Assembly: GCA_012510335.1 (NCBI GenBank)
Contig: JAAZIF010000345.1
Span: forward strand, 1-34,831
Direction: 5' to 3'
From: Methanomicrobiales archaeon
Lineage (GTDB): Archaea > Halobacteriota > Methanomicrobia > Methanomicrobiales > Methanoculleaceae
Length of the DNA stretch: 34,831 bases
The notes beneath the pieces are model-generated. The model did not search any database, had not been told where the DNA came from, and saw nothing but the letters and a program-made list of their open reading frames with translations. Of the stretch, positions 1 through 9,474 are shown one piece after another. Numbering within the stretch: the first letter of the stretch is position 1; the number at the start of each line of letters is the position of its first letter. Both the position numbers and the translations under genes were made by a program.

Positions 1-29
1 GGGATCTCAACCCGCCGTATTATTGCCAT
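1..29 (-). CDS. rpl6: 50S ribosomal protein L6, 5' fragment (runs off the window)
   Basis: ATG at 29 reads MAIIRRVEI..., with GGAGG upstream; canonical position after S8. Confidence 0.75.
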
Positions 30-43
30 AGTCGATCCTCCCT

Positions 44-436
44 TCAGTAGACATATCCCAGCAGCTGCCCGCCGATACCCTCGCTCCGTGCCTGTTCATG
101 GGATATAACCCCCTTCGAGGTAGAGACGATCAGGATACCGAAGTTCTTTGCGGGGAGGTACTGCGACTCCCAGTATTCCATATCAGCCATTCCCACTGCG
201 AACCGTGGGGTTATGGCGCCACACTTATTGATCGAACCGGAGAGCTGGATCTGGAACTGGCCGCCACGACCGTCATCGATGAACTCGAAACCGCTGATAA
301 AGCCATTCTCCTGCATGATGCGGAGCATTGCGCCTAACACCTTGCTGGCGGGCTCGACGATGACTTCGCTCCGTCCAGCGTCGCCAGCATTCTTGATCGC
401 GCTCATCGCGTCAGCGATTGGATTTAATCGTGCCAT
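44..436 (-). CDS. rps8: 30S ribosomal protein S8
   Basis: [17 protein letters not shown]...[26 protein letters not shown]; start moved to ATG 436. Confidence 0.97.
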   Translation of the reverse strand: MARLNPIADAMSAIKNAGDAGRSEVIVEPASKVLGAMLRIMQENGFISGFEFIDDGRGGQFQIQLSGSINKCGAITPRFAVGMADMEYWESQYLPAKNFGILIVSTSKGVISHEQARSEGIGGQLLGYVY

Positions 437-447
437 ATCTCTCACCC

Positions 448-615
448 TCAGTCCATCTTCTTAAAGCCCATCTTGCTCGCCCATTCGCGGAAGCACTGGC
501 GGCAGAAGTAGATGTCGTATTTGCGCACCAGACCCTGTTTCCGGCCGCATATGCGGCACTCGTTCGCACCCCGACCAAACTTCTTCGCGCGCCCGGCCGA
601 AGATTCTCCTGCCAT
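448..615 (-). CDS. rps14: 30S ribosomal protein S14 (zinc-binding), not in the ORF track
   Basis: Manual translation [55 protein letters not shown]; two CxxC motifs; lies between L5 and S8. Confidence 0.96.
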   Translation of the reverse strand: MAGESSAGRAKKFGRGANECRICGRKQGLVRKYDIYFCRQCFREWASKMGFKKMD

Positions 616-618
616 TCC

Positions 619-1122
619 TTACACCTCCACCTGGTAACGTTCGCGCATGAACGCGATGGCCTCTTCCCGGTTCACTCTCTGGTCAGATGGCAGTCTCCTG
701 CGCCCGATCCCCCGGCGTGCGACCCTCAGACCTTTGCGCTCGAGCACCACATTGACATCCATGCCATATATGCCGATCGCAGGGTCGTAGGCCATGCCCG
801 GGAAGTCGGTATGCTCCTCGATGCCGAATGAGACGTTGCCGGTCTGGTCGAACTGCGATGCGGCGAGATGCCGCTCGATGATATCAAGCGCAGTCCCGAT
901 GAACTTTTCGGCGTTCTTCCGGCGCAGGGTGACCTTGCACCCGATGGGCGCGCCCTTCCTGATCCCGAACGCCGGCTGGGTCCGCTTCGCGATGGTGCGG
1001 ACGGGTTTCTGACCGGTGATCTTTGTGACGAGTTCTTCAGCCCTGACCAACCGCTCACCGCTCTCACCGACGCCCATATGCACAATGACCTTGTCGATGT
1101 AGATCTCCTTCATCGCGCTCAT
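619..1122 (-). CDS. rpl5: 50S ribosomal protein L5
   Basis: [32 protein letters not shown] motifs. Confidence 0.97.
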   Translation of the reverse strand: MSAMKEIYIDKVIVHMGVGESGERLVRAEELVTKITGQKPVRTIAKRTQPAFGIRKGAPIGCKVTLRRKNAEKFIGTALDIIERHLAASQFDQTGNVSFGIEEHTDFPGMAYDPAIGIYGMDVNVVLERKGLRVARRGIGRRRLPSDQRVNREEAIAFMRERYQVEV

Positions 1123-1853
1123 ATGGATGCCTCCAGTTCAGGCGCAATCCCGGAACGGCCGACCATGAAGATGTACTCCTCGATGGTCTCAAACCGCTCA
1201 TCTGCCGAGTCGTCCATGAGGACAACACGGTTCGGGACGGAACTTGCGGTCCTGATTATATCGATGATCCGGCCGACCTTCCCGGAGTGCTTTCCGCCGA
1301 CTATCATGGCCACGTTGCCTTCTGCGAAGGGGAAGTGGTCGACGATACGGAACCGGTCTTCACCGGTCTTCGGGTCGCCGAGGGTCACCACGATCGAGTC
1401 TTTCGCCCTGTAGGTGTTATCGGCAATGATGTTTGCACCGAATGCAAGGTTCAGCTGCACCCTGCCGCCTTTGACGACGGTCTTGTTTCGGATCTTGCAG
1501 AGCCGCGTCTTTGAAGACTCTTCCGGGATCTCAACAGAGATCAGGTTGCCCCGCTTATCCAGCTGGATACGGTAGTGTTTCCCGAGTTTCGGTATAGAGA
1601 CGATGTCAAAGACGCCAAGCCCCATCCGGATGTTCCTGCAGGGCCGTCCGTTGACAAGAACGTCCCGCTGCTGCAGGATCTTCCTCGCTTCGCTTGCATT
1701 CTGTGCTATGCCGGTATGCTCGCGGAGCCATACACCGACCGGCATGCCGTCGGCGTCATGAGGACCGGGGGCGGTCTTCATGACAAACTTCTGTGCCTTC
1801 TTATGGATGCGCCAGGATCCCGGCGCTACAAGGCGCTTGAGATGGTTTGACAT
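1119..1853 (-). CDS. rps4e: 30S ribosomal protein S4e
   Basis: [11 protein letters not shown]...[13 protein letters not shown]. Confidence 0.97.
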   Translation of the reverse strand: MSNHLKRLVAPGSWRIHKKAQKFVMKTAPGPHDADGMPVGVWLREHTGIAQNASEARKILQQRDVLVNGRPCRNIRMGLGVFDIVSIPKLGKHYRIQLDKRGNLISVEIPEESSKTRLCKIRNKTVVKGGRVQLNLAFGANIIADNTYRAKDSIVVTLGDPKTGEDRFRIVDHFPFAEGNVAMIVGGKHSGKVGRIIDIIRTASSVPNRVVLMDDSADERFETIEEYIFMVGRSGIAPELEASI

Positions 1854-2218
1854 TATTCTCTGCCTCCGAGCCTCTCCTCACGGAGTTTATCTTTCAGGTT
1901 GAGCTTCGTGACCTGCACATTCGAGGGATCGACCGGCCGGGGCACCTCGGTCCCGTCTGCCTTGACCACCATAACGCCATGCACAATCAGCCGGCACGTA
2001 TTCATGTCTACTGCGTCGACAACGCCTTCTTCACCGGCATAATCCCCGCGGAGCACCTTTACTGTGTCGCCCTTCACCACCCGGACTCTCCGGGTGTCGT
2101 ACTTCCCACGGAGCTCGGGCGAGAGCGGCGCGGAGAGGAACCGACCCCTGGTGTGGTTCGGTGCGTTGAAGCGCGCCTTGCGCTGTTTTCTCGGTTGTTT
2201 GCTTACTGTGCGTACCAT
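1853..2218 (-). CDS. rpl24: 50S ribosomal protein L24
   Basis: SKQPRKQRK, KOW motif KGDTVKVLRG, DPSNVQVTKL. Confidence 0.97.
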   Translation of the reverse strand: MVRTVSKQPRKQRKARFNAPNHTRGRFLSAPLSPELRGKYDTRRVRVVKGDTVKVLRGDYAGEEGVVDAVDMNTCRLIVHGVMVVKADGTEVPRPVDPSNVQVTKLNLKDKLREERLGGRE

Positions 2219-2234
2219 TTTCCCATCACCACAC

Positions 2235-2633
2235 CTACACGATCATCGTCGCCATGGAGGTGATCTTCGGGAACCTCTGCGCGATCTCGCGTGGGACAGG
2301 CCCCTTGATCTCGGTTCCTTTCGGCTCGCCGCGTTCATTGATGAGCACCATGGCGTTATCCTCAAACGAGAGCCGGATCCCGTTCGGGCGGCGGATCTCC
2401 TTCTTCTGCCGGATGACCACCGCTTTCTCGAGTTTCCTCCGCATATCTGGAGTACCCTTCTTGACGCTCACGGTCGCAACATCGCCAAGGCCCATCTTGG
2501 GCTGCCGGCGGCGGACCCCGTGATAGCCGTCGACAGAGACGATCTCCACGAGTCGTGCGCCGGTGTTGTCGGCACAGACCATCCGGGAGCCGGTGGCAAG
2601 CGCACGCGGAATGGTAGACTGCATCGCCTTCAT
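2235..2633 (-). CDS. rpl14: 50S ribosomal protein L14
   Basis: [28 protein letters not shown]; start MKAMQS overlaps the S17 stop. Confidence 0.97.
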   Translation of the reverse strand: MKAMQSTIPRALATGSRMVCADNTGARLVEIVSVDGYHGVRRRQPKMGLGDVATVSVKKGTPDMRRKLEKAVVIRQKKEIRRPNGIRLSFEDNAMVLINERGEPKGTEIKGPVPREIAQRFPKITSMATMIV

Positions 2634-2956
2634 TCCTTCACCACCTCGACGACCACGAAGTTCTTCGTCTTTGAGAGCGGCCTGCACTCTGCAATCCTGA
2701 CCACATCACCGATGCCCGCGTTGATGCAGGGTGTGCTGTGGGCATGGTACCTGGATCTACGTTTCTCGTACCGCCTGTACTTCTTTATGTAGTGGAGGAA
2801 CTCACGCTCCACGACGACGGTGCCGTTCATACGATCGCTCACGACTTTGCCGGTAATCACCTGGCCGCGTACCGGCAAAGTGCCGTGAAACGGACAATTT
2901 ATGTCCTCGCACTCCGTCTCCGGAATGGGGACATCCAACCCAATATTTCGTGCCAT
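2630..2956 (-). CDS. rps17: 30S ribosomal protein S17
   Basis: [30 protein letters not shown]. Confidence 0.97.
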   Translation of the reverse strand: MARNIGLDVPIPETECEDINCPFHGTLPVRGQVITGKVVSDRMNGTVVVEREFLHYIKKYRRYEKRRSRYHAHSTPCINAGIGDVVRIAECRPLSKTKNFVVVEVVKE

Positions 2957-2967
2957 TGTATCCTCTC

Positions 2968-3240
2968 TTATCTGATGCGCATCGTGATCCGCCGTTCCGG
3001 CTGCCCTTCCAGGCTTGAACCGTCAACATCGACAGTTATACCATCAGGAAGCCGGAAGCGGAACAGACTGAACCGTTTTGGTATTCGCTTCTCTCCCCGC
3101 TCTGTCCGGATAACAAGGGTGTTTCTGGTCTCATCGATGATGCGGCCAGATACCCCGGCGTGGCCGGGATTGCTTGCGCGGACTACCAGAACATCCAGGC
3201 CGATCAGCTCGTGCCGCAGGATGTTCCGGGGAGAGATCAT
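2968..3240 (-). CDS. rnp1: Ribonuclease P protein subunit Rpp29 (component 1)
   Basis: HELIGL...[14 protein letters not shown]...PERR; canonical operon position. Confidence 0.95.
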   Translation of the reverse strand: MISPRNILRHELIGLDVLVVRASNPGHAGVSGRIIDETRNTLVIRTERGEKRIPKRFSLFRFRLPDGITVDVDGSSLEGQPERRITMRIR

Positions 3241-3440
3241 GCATTCCTCCGCGAGTTCTGCTCGGTCCTGATGCGCGCGATAGTCCGGCGGATCTCGCGG
3301 ATCCTGCCGGGGTTCTCCGTAGCACCGCCGGCGCTGACTTTTCCCCGCTCCTGGATCAGTTCAAGGGTAAGCTTCTGCTCATGCTCAAGGAGCTCAACGT
3401 CGGAGAGCTGCCTCACTTCATGCGCGCGAAAGATTGCCAT
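3237..3440 (-). CDS. rpl29: 50S ribosomal protein L29
   Basis: ENPGRIREIRRTIARIRT. Confidence 0.96.
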   Translation of the reverse strand: MAIFRAHEVRQLSDVELLEHEQKLTLELIQERGKVSAGGATENPGRIREIRRTIARIRTEQNSRRNA

Positions 3441-4148
3441 TCACCTCTCCTCCAGAAACTCCTCGTCCGGGAACTCCCCGAGATCTTCTTCGAGTTCTTC
3501 ATCATCACCGATCTCCTCGGGTTCGGGCAGCGGCTCCGGAGGTTTCTTCGGTTCGGGCTCGCTGACCTCAAAGGCGTCGGGCAACTTCGTGTCCGGCGGG
3601 ACGATCTTGACCTGGACACCGATGGTTCCGAGCTTCTTGACCGCAAGGGCATATCCCTTCTCGACGATCGTCTCGCTCGGTTCACCGGAATGCTTTACGT
3701 AACCCTCTGTGAACTTCTGGGTCCGCGATCTCGCGCCGGTAAGTTTCCCGGCGACGATGACCTCGCAGCCGAGAGCACCCGATTCCATAACCCGGCGGAT
3801 CGTGCTCTGTCCGGCTTTCCTGAAGTACCAGCCGCGTTCAAGCGCGTTTGCCAGTCGCTCCGCCATGATCTGGGCGTTGAAATTCGGATTCTGAACCTGC
3901 TGAACCTCCACCTGCGGGGACTCGATGCCGAAGGTGGTGGCGAGATCCTGAGTGAGCTGGCGGACCTGTTTGCCGCCCTTCCCGATCACGATGCCGGGTT
4001 TCTCCGCAAAGATGGTCACCTGGGTGCCGAGCGGTGTCCGTGTGATATCCATGCCGCCGTATCCGGCCCGCTTGAGTTCATGCGTGAGGAACTTCTCGAC
4101 GCGGACGTTGCGCACGCCTTCACTTATAAATTTCTTCTCGATTGCCAT
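3441..4148 (-). CDS. rps3: 30S ribosomal protein S3 with acidic C-terminal tail
   Basis: KH motif KPGIVIGKGG, GCEVIVAGKL. Confidence 0.97.
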   Translation of the reverse strand: MAIEKKFISEGVRNVRVEKFLTHELKRAGYGGMDITRTPLGTQVTIFAEKPGIVIGKGGKQVRQLTQDLATTFGIESPQVEVQQVQNPNFNAQIMAERLANALERGWYFRKAGQSTIRRVMESGALGCEVIVAGKLTGARSRTQKFTEGYVKHSGEPSETIVEKGYALAVKKLGTIGVQVKIVPPDTKLPDAFEVSEPEPKKPPEPLPEPEEIGDDEELEEDLGEFPDEEFLEER

Positions 4149-4609
4149 TACACCACCTCGGTCACGATGATCTCGATGTTCACGGTCTCCCTGCGTTTCG
4201 GGGTGGCGCGGCCCATAGCACGCGGGAAGAACGCTCGGAAACCACGGCCCCTGTTCGCGGAGACGTGGTCGATCCGGAGGCTCTCGGTGTCAAGGCCCAT
4301 ATACTCAGCGTTCCTCTCGACGGAGTCGAGCAGCCTGATGTAGGCCTTTGCGGCCTTGACCGGATACCGGCCAGCCACCCACCCTTCAAGACCCCGCTTG
4401 TGGGCTACGTTCCGCTTGAATCGCCTGAAGGGGATGGGTTTCTCCAGCGCCACCACACCGGCGAGGTAGATTTTTGCCTCGGTGGTGGTCATGCCTTTGA
4501 TGAACCGGGCAATCTCGATCGAGTGTTTGGGAGAGACGGGAATCTCGTTCGCTTTTGCGCGAGCGGTATTCTCGTCCTCGATCATTACCGAATAACCTGT
4601 TCTTGCCAT
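4148..4609 (-). CDS. rpl22: 50S ribosomal protein L22
   Basis: [27 protein letters not shown]; start could be up to 9 nt further upstream. Confidence 0.96.
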   Translation of the reverse strand: MARTGYSVMIEDENTARAKANEIPVSPKHSIEIARFIKGMTTTEAKIYLAGVVALEKPIPFRRFKRNVAHKRGLEGWVAGRYPVKAAKAYIRLLDSVERNAEYMGLDTESLRIDHVSANRGRGFRAFFPRAMGRATPKRRETVNIEIIVTEVV

Positions 4610-4614
4610 AACCA

Positions 4615-5028
4615 TCACTTCAGCGGTACGTACTTGCTCGACCGGGTTGCACCGATACCGGCGCTACCGTGGGAGACCCTCCTGCGGGTCAGTGCAAACT
4701 CTCCGAGATAGTGGAAGACCGCCTCAGGGTGGATCTCCACCCTCTGGAATTCTCTCCCGTTGTGGATCTCGATCGTCTTTCCGACCATCTCAGGCATCAC
4801 GACCATGTCGCGCAGGTGGGTGCGGAGGTTCGCGTCTCCCGACCTGACATCGGAGAGAAATTTCTCATGCTCCCGGGGGAGACCGCGCTCGAACTTTCTG
4901 CGGATCCGGGCAGGCATGAGAGGCAGGAGCTCGGAGAGAGCCATCTGCTGGAGAGCCTCAATGGTGTATCCACGATAGGTGAACTCCTCGCGCCGCCGCG
5001 GCATTCGTCTCTGTGTCTTCTTTGCCAT
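4615..5028 (-). CDS. rps19: 30S ribosomal protein S19
   Basis: [36 protein letters not shown]. Confidence 0.97.
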   Translation of the reverse strand: MAKKTQRRMPRRREEFTYRGYTIEALQQMALSELLPLMPARIRRKFERGLPREHEKFLSDVRSGDANLRTHLRDMVVMPEMVGKTIEIHNGREFQRVEIHPEAVFHYLGEFALTRRRVSHGSAGIGATRSSKYVPLK

Positions 5029-5041
5029 TCTTCACCCCTCA

Positions 5042-5761
5042 CTACTTCTTCCACTTGCCGGTTCTCCGGGCGGCAATGTGCCCTACCTTCCTGCCGGGTG
5101 ATGTTCCACGGGCTACGGTCTTTGGCCGTCCGCAGTGCTGGTGGCCGCCGCCGCCGAAGGGGTGGTCGATTACGTTCATGCAGACACCCTTGACACGGGG
5201 CCATTTCTCAGCGGAGGATCTGACGTGGAGATACTTCTTTCCTGCCCGGGCAAACGGTTTCTCGCCCCGTCCGCCGCCGGCAACTATACCGACGGTTGCC
5301 ATGCAGGCACCGCTGAACCACTTATTCTTGCCGCTCGGCATCCGTACACCGACCCTGCCATCCTCGGCCTTGCCGATGACGAGGGCCTGAACACCGCCTG
5401 AGCGGACGAACCTGCCACCGTCGTCTGGCCGGGCCTCGATGTTGCAGACGTATGCACCGACCGGGATCTCCCGGAGCGGCAGGGTGTTTCCGTTCTTTAC
5501 TTCGGCTCCCGGGCCCCAGGTGACCGCATCCCCGACACCGAGACCTTCGGTGGCGAGCATATAGACTTTCCGGCCATCTTCGAGCCTTGCGAGAGCTATC
5601 GGTGCGTGCCGTGCCGGGTCGTGCTCGATATCTATGACGTGCCCGGTGGCCGGGGCGTCGTTTCTACCTGCATGCCGCAGCTCGGCCTTATACCGGTGCG
5701 ATGGGGCACGGTATGTCGGGCCGCCCCGACCGCGATTCTGTGATGTAATTCTATGTCCCAT
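5042..5761 (-). CDS. rpl2: 50S ribosomal protein L2
   Basis: Start MGHRITSQNRGRG; HDPARHAP, DHPFGGG. Confidence 0.97.
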   Translation of the reverse strand: MGHRITSQNRGRGGPTYRAPSHRYKAELRHAGRNDAPATGHVIDIEHDPARHAPIALARLEDGRKVYMLATEGLGVGDAVTWGPGAEVKNGNTLPLREIPVGAYVCNIEARPDDGGRFVRSGGVQALVIGKAEDGRVGVRMPSGKNKWFSGACMATVGIVAGGGRGEKPFARAGKKYLHVRSSAEKWPRVKGVCMNVIDHPFGGGGHQHCGRPKTVARGTSPGRKVGHIAARRTGKWKK

Positions 5762-5774
5762 TCGTTCACTCACC

Positions 5775-6023
5775 TTACATAATTCCGAGCCGGCTGAGGA
5801 TCTCTTCAGCCGCATTCGCATCCACAAATCTGATGATCGCCTTTTTTTCGCCTTTCATGGTCATCATTGTGCGGACTTCACTCACTTCCTGCTCAAAGAC
5901 CCGCTCCAGCTCGCGCTTGACATCCCGCCTGGTGGCATCCCTGTGTACGATAAACTGGAGTTTGTTCTCGTTCTCGAGCATCATCGCTGCCTTTTCAGTG
6001 ACGAAGGGGTATTTCAGTACCAT
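5775..6023 (-). CDS. rpl23: 50S ribosomal protein L23
   Basis: PFVTEKA, NKLQFIV, KKAIIR. Confidence 0.96.
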   Translation of the reverse strand: MVLKYPFVTEKAAMMLENENKLQFIVHRDATRRDVKRELERVFEQEVSEVRTMMTMKGEKKAIIRFVDANAAEEILSRLGIM

Positions 6024-6769
6024 GGGGACTCCTCCAGTCTCCTGAGCGCAGACTCGGTCCAGATCGTCAGGCGTCCTGCCTGAGTGCCGGGGGCCAGCAT
6101 CTCGGTGTTGAGCTGGGCGACCGTCACTGCGTCGACGCCGGCAAGGTTCCGGGCCGCCCTGAGCGGTTCGTTCCCGGTGACTATGAGGATGCTCTTGCGT
6201 TGTTTGTACCGGCGGCCGCGCATGGTGCCGCGCCCTGCCCTGACCTTCTTGCTTGCCTTCGCCCGCTCGACGTCGGCGTAGACACCGAGAGCTGAGAGCG
6301 CTGTGATGACATCGCCTGTCCGGGTGATCTCCTCGAATCGGTCCTCAAGGATCAGCGGGAGGTCACCATCGAAGATGTGCCCGCGTTCCCTGATGAGATC
6401 CGTGGAGAGGCTTGCCGCGATAGCGGACCGGAGAGCTTTTTGCTTCTCTTTCTTGTTGATGTCCTTGACGAGGACTTTCTCAACCTTCGGGGGGTGTGCT
6501 GCGCGCCCGCCGGTTGTCTGCGGCACCCTGGCAGCCCTGCTGCTGTTCTTTATGCGAGGAACCTGGGCGGCGCCACGGCCGCTTCCCCAGGACTCAGCCG
6601 ATGTGCGCATGCCGGCGTAGGGATCGGTCCCATGCGGCTGGAACCGGGTGCTCTGGAGTGCGAGGACAGCCCGTTTAATCAGGTCGGGCCTGTACTCCTC
6701 GTTAAAGATCTCCGGGAGATCAACCTCGTGAGAGATCTCGCCTGTCAATGTTCGAACCTGTACCTTCAT
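6014..6769 (-). CDS. rpl4: 50S ribosomal protein L4
   Basis: RPDLIKRAV, SAESWGSGRG, RAGRGTMRGR, LAPG. Confidence 0.97.
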   Translation of the reverse strand: MKVQVRTLTGEISHEVDLPEIFNEEYRPDLIKRAVLALQSTRFQPHGTDPYAGMRTSAESWGSGRGAAQVPRIKNSSRAARVPQTTGGRAAHPPKVEKVLVKDINKKEKQKALRSAIAASLSTDLIRERGHIFDGDLPLILEDRFEEITRTGDVITALSALGVYADVERAKASKKVRAGRGTMRGRRYKQRKSILIVTGNEPLRAARNLAGVDAVTVAQLNTEMLAPGTQAGRLTIWTESALRRLEESPWY

Positions 6770-6775
6770 CGCTAC

Positions 6776-7789
6776 TCACCCCTGCTTGCTCTCTGTGCTG
6801 ACGAAACTGATCGCCGGCGTGCGGACAACATGTTCTCCCTGCCGTATCGCGGACCTTATCCGGACCAGCCGTTTGTTCGGCCCGGGGACGGAACCCTTGA
6901 TCAGCACGTAAGGGCCGCGCACAACACCGTAGTGGAGGAATCCGCCTGCGGGGTTTATATCGTCACCGTTGGTGCCGATCTTTAAGATACGCTTGTTAAA
7001 CTCGGTGCGCTGCTGGTAGCCCATCTGGCCCGACTGGGGAACCTGCCACCTGACGTGATGCGGGTGCCAGGGACCGAGGTTCCCGATGTGGCGCTTCTTG
7101 CCGCCGCGGGAGTGTTTCCGCTTCCGGACCTGGACGCCCCAGCGCTTGACGGGGCCTTCTGTGCCCTTGCCGGTGCTGACGGCGGTCACGTCGATATACT
7201 CGCCGGCCTCGAAATTCCCGGTGATCTCGATCTCTTTCCCGAGGATCCCGACGGCGTACTCGATCTGATCGTCAAGATTTCCGCCGGCGATCCGCATCTC
7301 CATCAGGTCAGGAACCTTCTTCGGGACGCCGGTGAGGCGATCGGGCTGCGTGCAGGTGATGGCGTAGAGTTCCGTGACCCTGCCCTCAGCGATCGCCTCC
7401 CTGATGGCATCGAGGGCGGCAGCGGTATCGTGGTTCTTCGGGGCGGTTATACGGCGGGACAACTCCTCATCAGTGTCTGTTGTCCAGGCCTCGGTCAGCG
7501 CGTGCTTCCCGTAGGTATCCTCGTAGTATGCGCGCACACCCGCCACCCGCATGGGCGGAACCTCAACCACGGTCACCGGCACCATCACATCCCTTCCTTC
7601 GGTGGGACTGCTCTTGTGGTCGTCCACCATGACGACGTGGGTCATCCCAACCTTATATCCTGCGAATCCCTGAACAGCCGGGGCTCCCGTGTACTCCGGC
7701 CATGAGCCGTAACCGGGAACTGGGCTCTTTGCCCGTTTCCTCGGGCTGTATGCGAGGGATCCTCTGCGTGGCCTGTTATACTTCGGCAT
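6776..7789 (-). CDS. rpl3: 50S ribosomal protein L3
   Basis: [31 protein letters not shown]. Confidence 0.97.
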   Translation of the reverse strand: MPKYNRPRRGSLAYSPRKRAKSPVPGYGSWPEYTGAPAVQGFAGYKVGMTHVVMVDDHKSSPTEGRDVMVPVTVVEVPPMRVAGVRAYYEDTYGKHALTEAWTTDTDEELSRRITAPKNHDTAAALDAIREAIAEGRVTELYAITCTQPDRLTGVPKKVPDLMEMRIAGGNLDDQIEYAVGILGKEIEITGNFEAGEYIDVTAVSTGKGTEGPVKRWGVQVRKRKHSRGGKKRHIGNLGPWHPHHVRWQVPQSGQMGYQQRTEFNKRILKIGTNGDDINPAGGFLHYGVVRGPYVLIKGSVPGPNKRLVRIRSAIRQGEHVVRTPAISFVSTESKQG

Positions 7790-7804
7790 GTTTCAATCAA
7801 CCCT

Positions 7805-8355
7805 TCGTGCAACTAGTCTTATGCGCCGACTGCATGACGTCTCGTGCCGCTGCAGTGCGCGAGATCCCCTGCCGGACCGGCAGGCCGCAGGTCGGTTGCA
7901 TTACGGTGAACCCATCGGGCATGACATCGAACGACGCACCGTTCCGGTGTGCCGTGATGGGAAACAGCTGAATGGAGGCAGCGGGGGAGACGCCAGTCTC
8001 CTGATCTCTCCCGCTGCCGGCCCGGCGTGCATCGGGTACGTCCAGTCGTCGCTAATAGATCCTGACTCTTTGACGCTTTCCTCCCGGAAACGGGCGCGCT
8101 GCACCGGCGTTGGCCCAACGTCTCGATCAGATCCAGCTCCTGTCATCCCGTTGTGGCAAGCACAACTCCTCAATCGACATCGCCCTCCATAGGGAGGGTT
8201 CGACACTGTGTTATCCTCTTACCTCCTGCGCTGTCCCGCCGCGGGCCCCTGACCATCTGCGTATACCGCGATATCAGAAGGATATCGGGGATCAGAGACA
8301 CACAAGATGCCTGTTACCCCATGGATCCCGGCGGGGCAGGGCAGAGCGGTTTCTT
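7805..8355. ncRNA. Candidate large structured RNA (rpl3-operon leader or antisense/divergent ncRNA)
   Basis: No credible ORF; about ten inverted repeats, several nested (see findings); strand uncertain. Confidence 0.5.
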
Positions 8356-8375
8356 AACCATAAGCTTAAAATGAG

Positions 8376-8389
8376 ATATAAATCTTGTT
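8376..8389 (-). promoter_or_regulatory. BRE/TATA promoter, probably for the ribosomal superoperon
   Basis: Minus strand reads AACAAGA-TTTATAT; the nearest good TATA upstream of rpl3. Confidence 0.6.
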
Positions 8390-8590
8390 ATCGAATTTAT
8401 GGCGATCTGGAAAGAGAAGATTCTCGCTGCAGGCAAAATTCTGCGGTTTTTTGGACTGAAACTCGGACGGGATGAGAGAAGATCTGTTAGCTCATATCCA
8501 GGGATAGCCGTCTCTTGAAGTGTTGCCACTGATTTGCTACGGCCACCTGGGCATGAGGCCTGCGCTCTTGTGCGCGCTCCGGGAACCGTC

Positions 8591-8995
8591 TCATCCGAAG
8601 TACAGGTCGCCGTCTTCGTTGATGTAGACCTCCACATCCTCGCGGACCTGCCTGCCCCTGAACCGATCGGGGTTGGCATCCCTGAGTCTGTTGATGAGCG
8701 ATACCGTGTCATACTTGACCTTCACCCCCATCTTCTCAGCCTCGGTGTAGATTATCTCGGGAGCCTTGAGCAGGTCAAGTCCGCCCTTGAGCGTACAGAG
8801 GTGTGCGGCGTCAAGTGTATAGAGAAACTCGAGGGTGTCACGCGCCCGTGTTATGTTCTCAAGGGCAGCCTTTTCGATGGTGCAGACGTTAGCTTTTGAT
8901 GTCTTGATGATATCTGCAATTTGTTGCTGCGTCAATCCTTGTTTCCGATATCGCAGTACTTCTTTCTGACGATTGGTAAGCAGACCTTGTTTCAT
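8591..8995 (-). CDS. tfx: Tfx-family DNA-binding protein
   Basis: LTNRQKEVLRYRKQGLTQQQIADIIKTSKANVCTIEKAALENI HTH; start MKQGLL about 25 nt below a TTTAAA box (leaderless). Confidence 0.88.
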   Translation of the reverse strand: MKQGLLTNRQKEVLRYRKQGLTQQQIADIIKTSKANVCTIEKAALENITRARDTLEFLYTLDAAHLCTLKGGLDLLKAPEIIYTEAEKMGVKVKYDTVSLINRLRDANPDRFRGRQVREDVEVYINEDGDLYFG

Positions 8996-9412
8996 CAAAT
9001 ATATATATGAACACATCAAATTTAAACACTTCTGCTTAACACTCTGTCTCAACCTTATTTTTTAAGGATCGTGGATCGAGGATCCATACGAAGAGAGGAG
9101 TGGGGAATAATCGATCCCGGCATCTCCCAACTTTCGACCGAATGGGTATCCCGCGTGCTGGAGGAACCCCCACATTCCGGTTCGCGCCGCCGAGGGCACG
9201 AAGCAGGAAATCCTCCTGCGGATCATGATACATCAGGTCAAGCGGCACAACAGTGCAACGGAGAAGAACGTTACCGGGGACGCTCTCAACCGGCCTGCCG
9301 GGGAATCCGCTCCCAGACGCGGGAGAGAGGTAGAATCACAAACCAGAATGGGCGTGGTGCCACCTAAGGCATCATGCCCCCGGCGAGAGAAGGGGGTAGT
9401 TGACTCCATTTC

Positions 9413-9425
9413 AAAACGTTTATAT
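9413..9425 (+). promoter_or_regulatory. BRE/TATA promoter of mtd
   Basis: AAAACG-TTTATAT, then RBS GAGGTG just upstream of the GTG start. Confidence 0.7.
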
Positions 9426-9474
9426 GAGAACTCGGTGAAACTATCGTGTTCTCAAATTTTGAGAGGTGTTTAAA

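Noticed and set aside
3441-3540. Acidic low-complexity tail on S3
   Set aside because: Variable acidic tails are common in euryarchaeal S3
7788-8475. Short ORFs on both strands upstream of rpl3
   Set aside because: No RBS, atypical composition and no SPOUT methyltransferase motifs
9160-9400. Fragments resembling RNase P RNA conserved regions (GAGGAAC, AGTGCAACGGAGA, ACCAGAA), also GAGGAAAG near 8076-83 on -
   Set aside because: No proper GAGGAAAGUCC/ACAGAA..GCUUA P4 pairing or terminal P1 helix could be built
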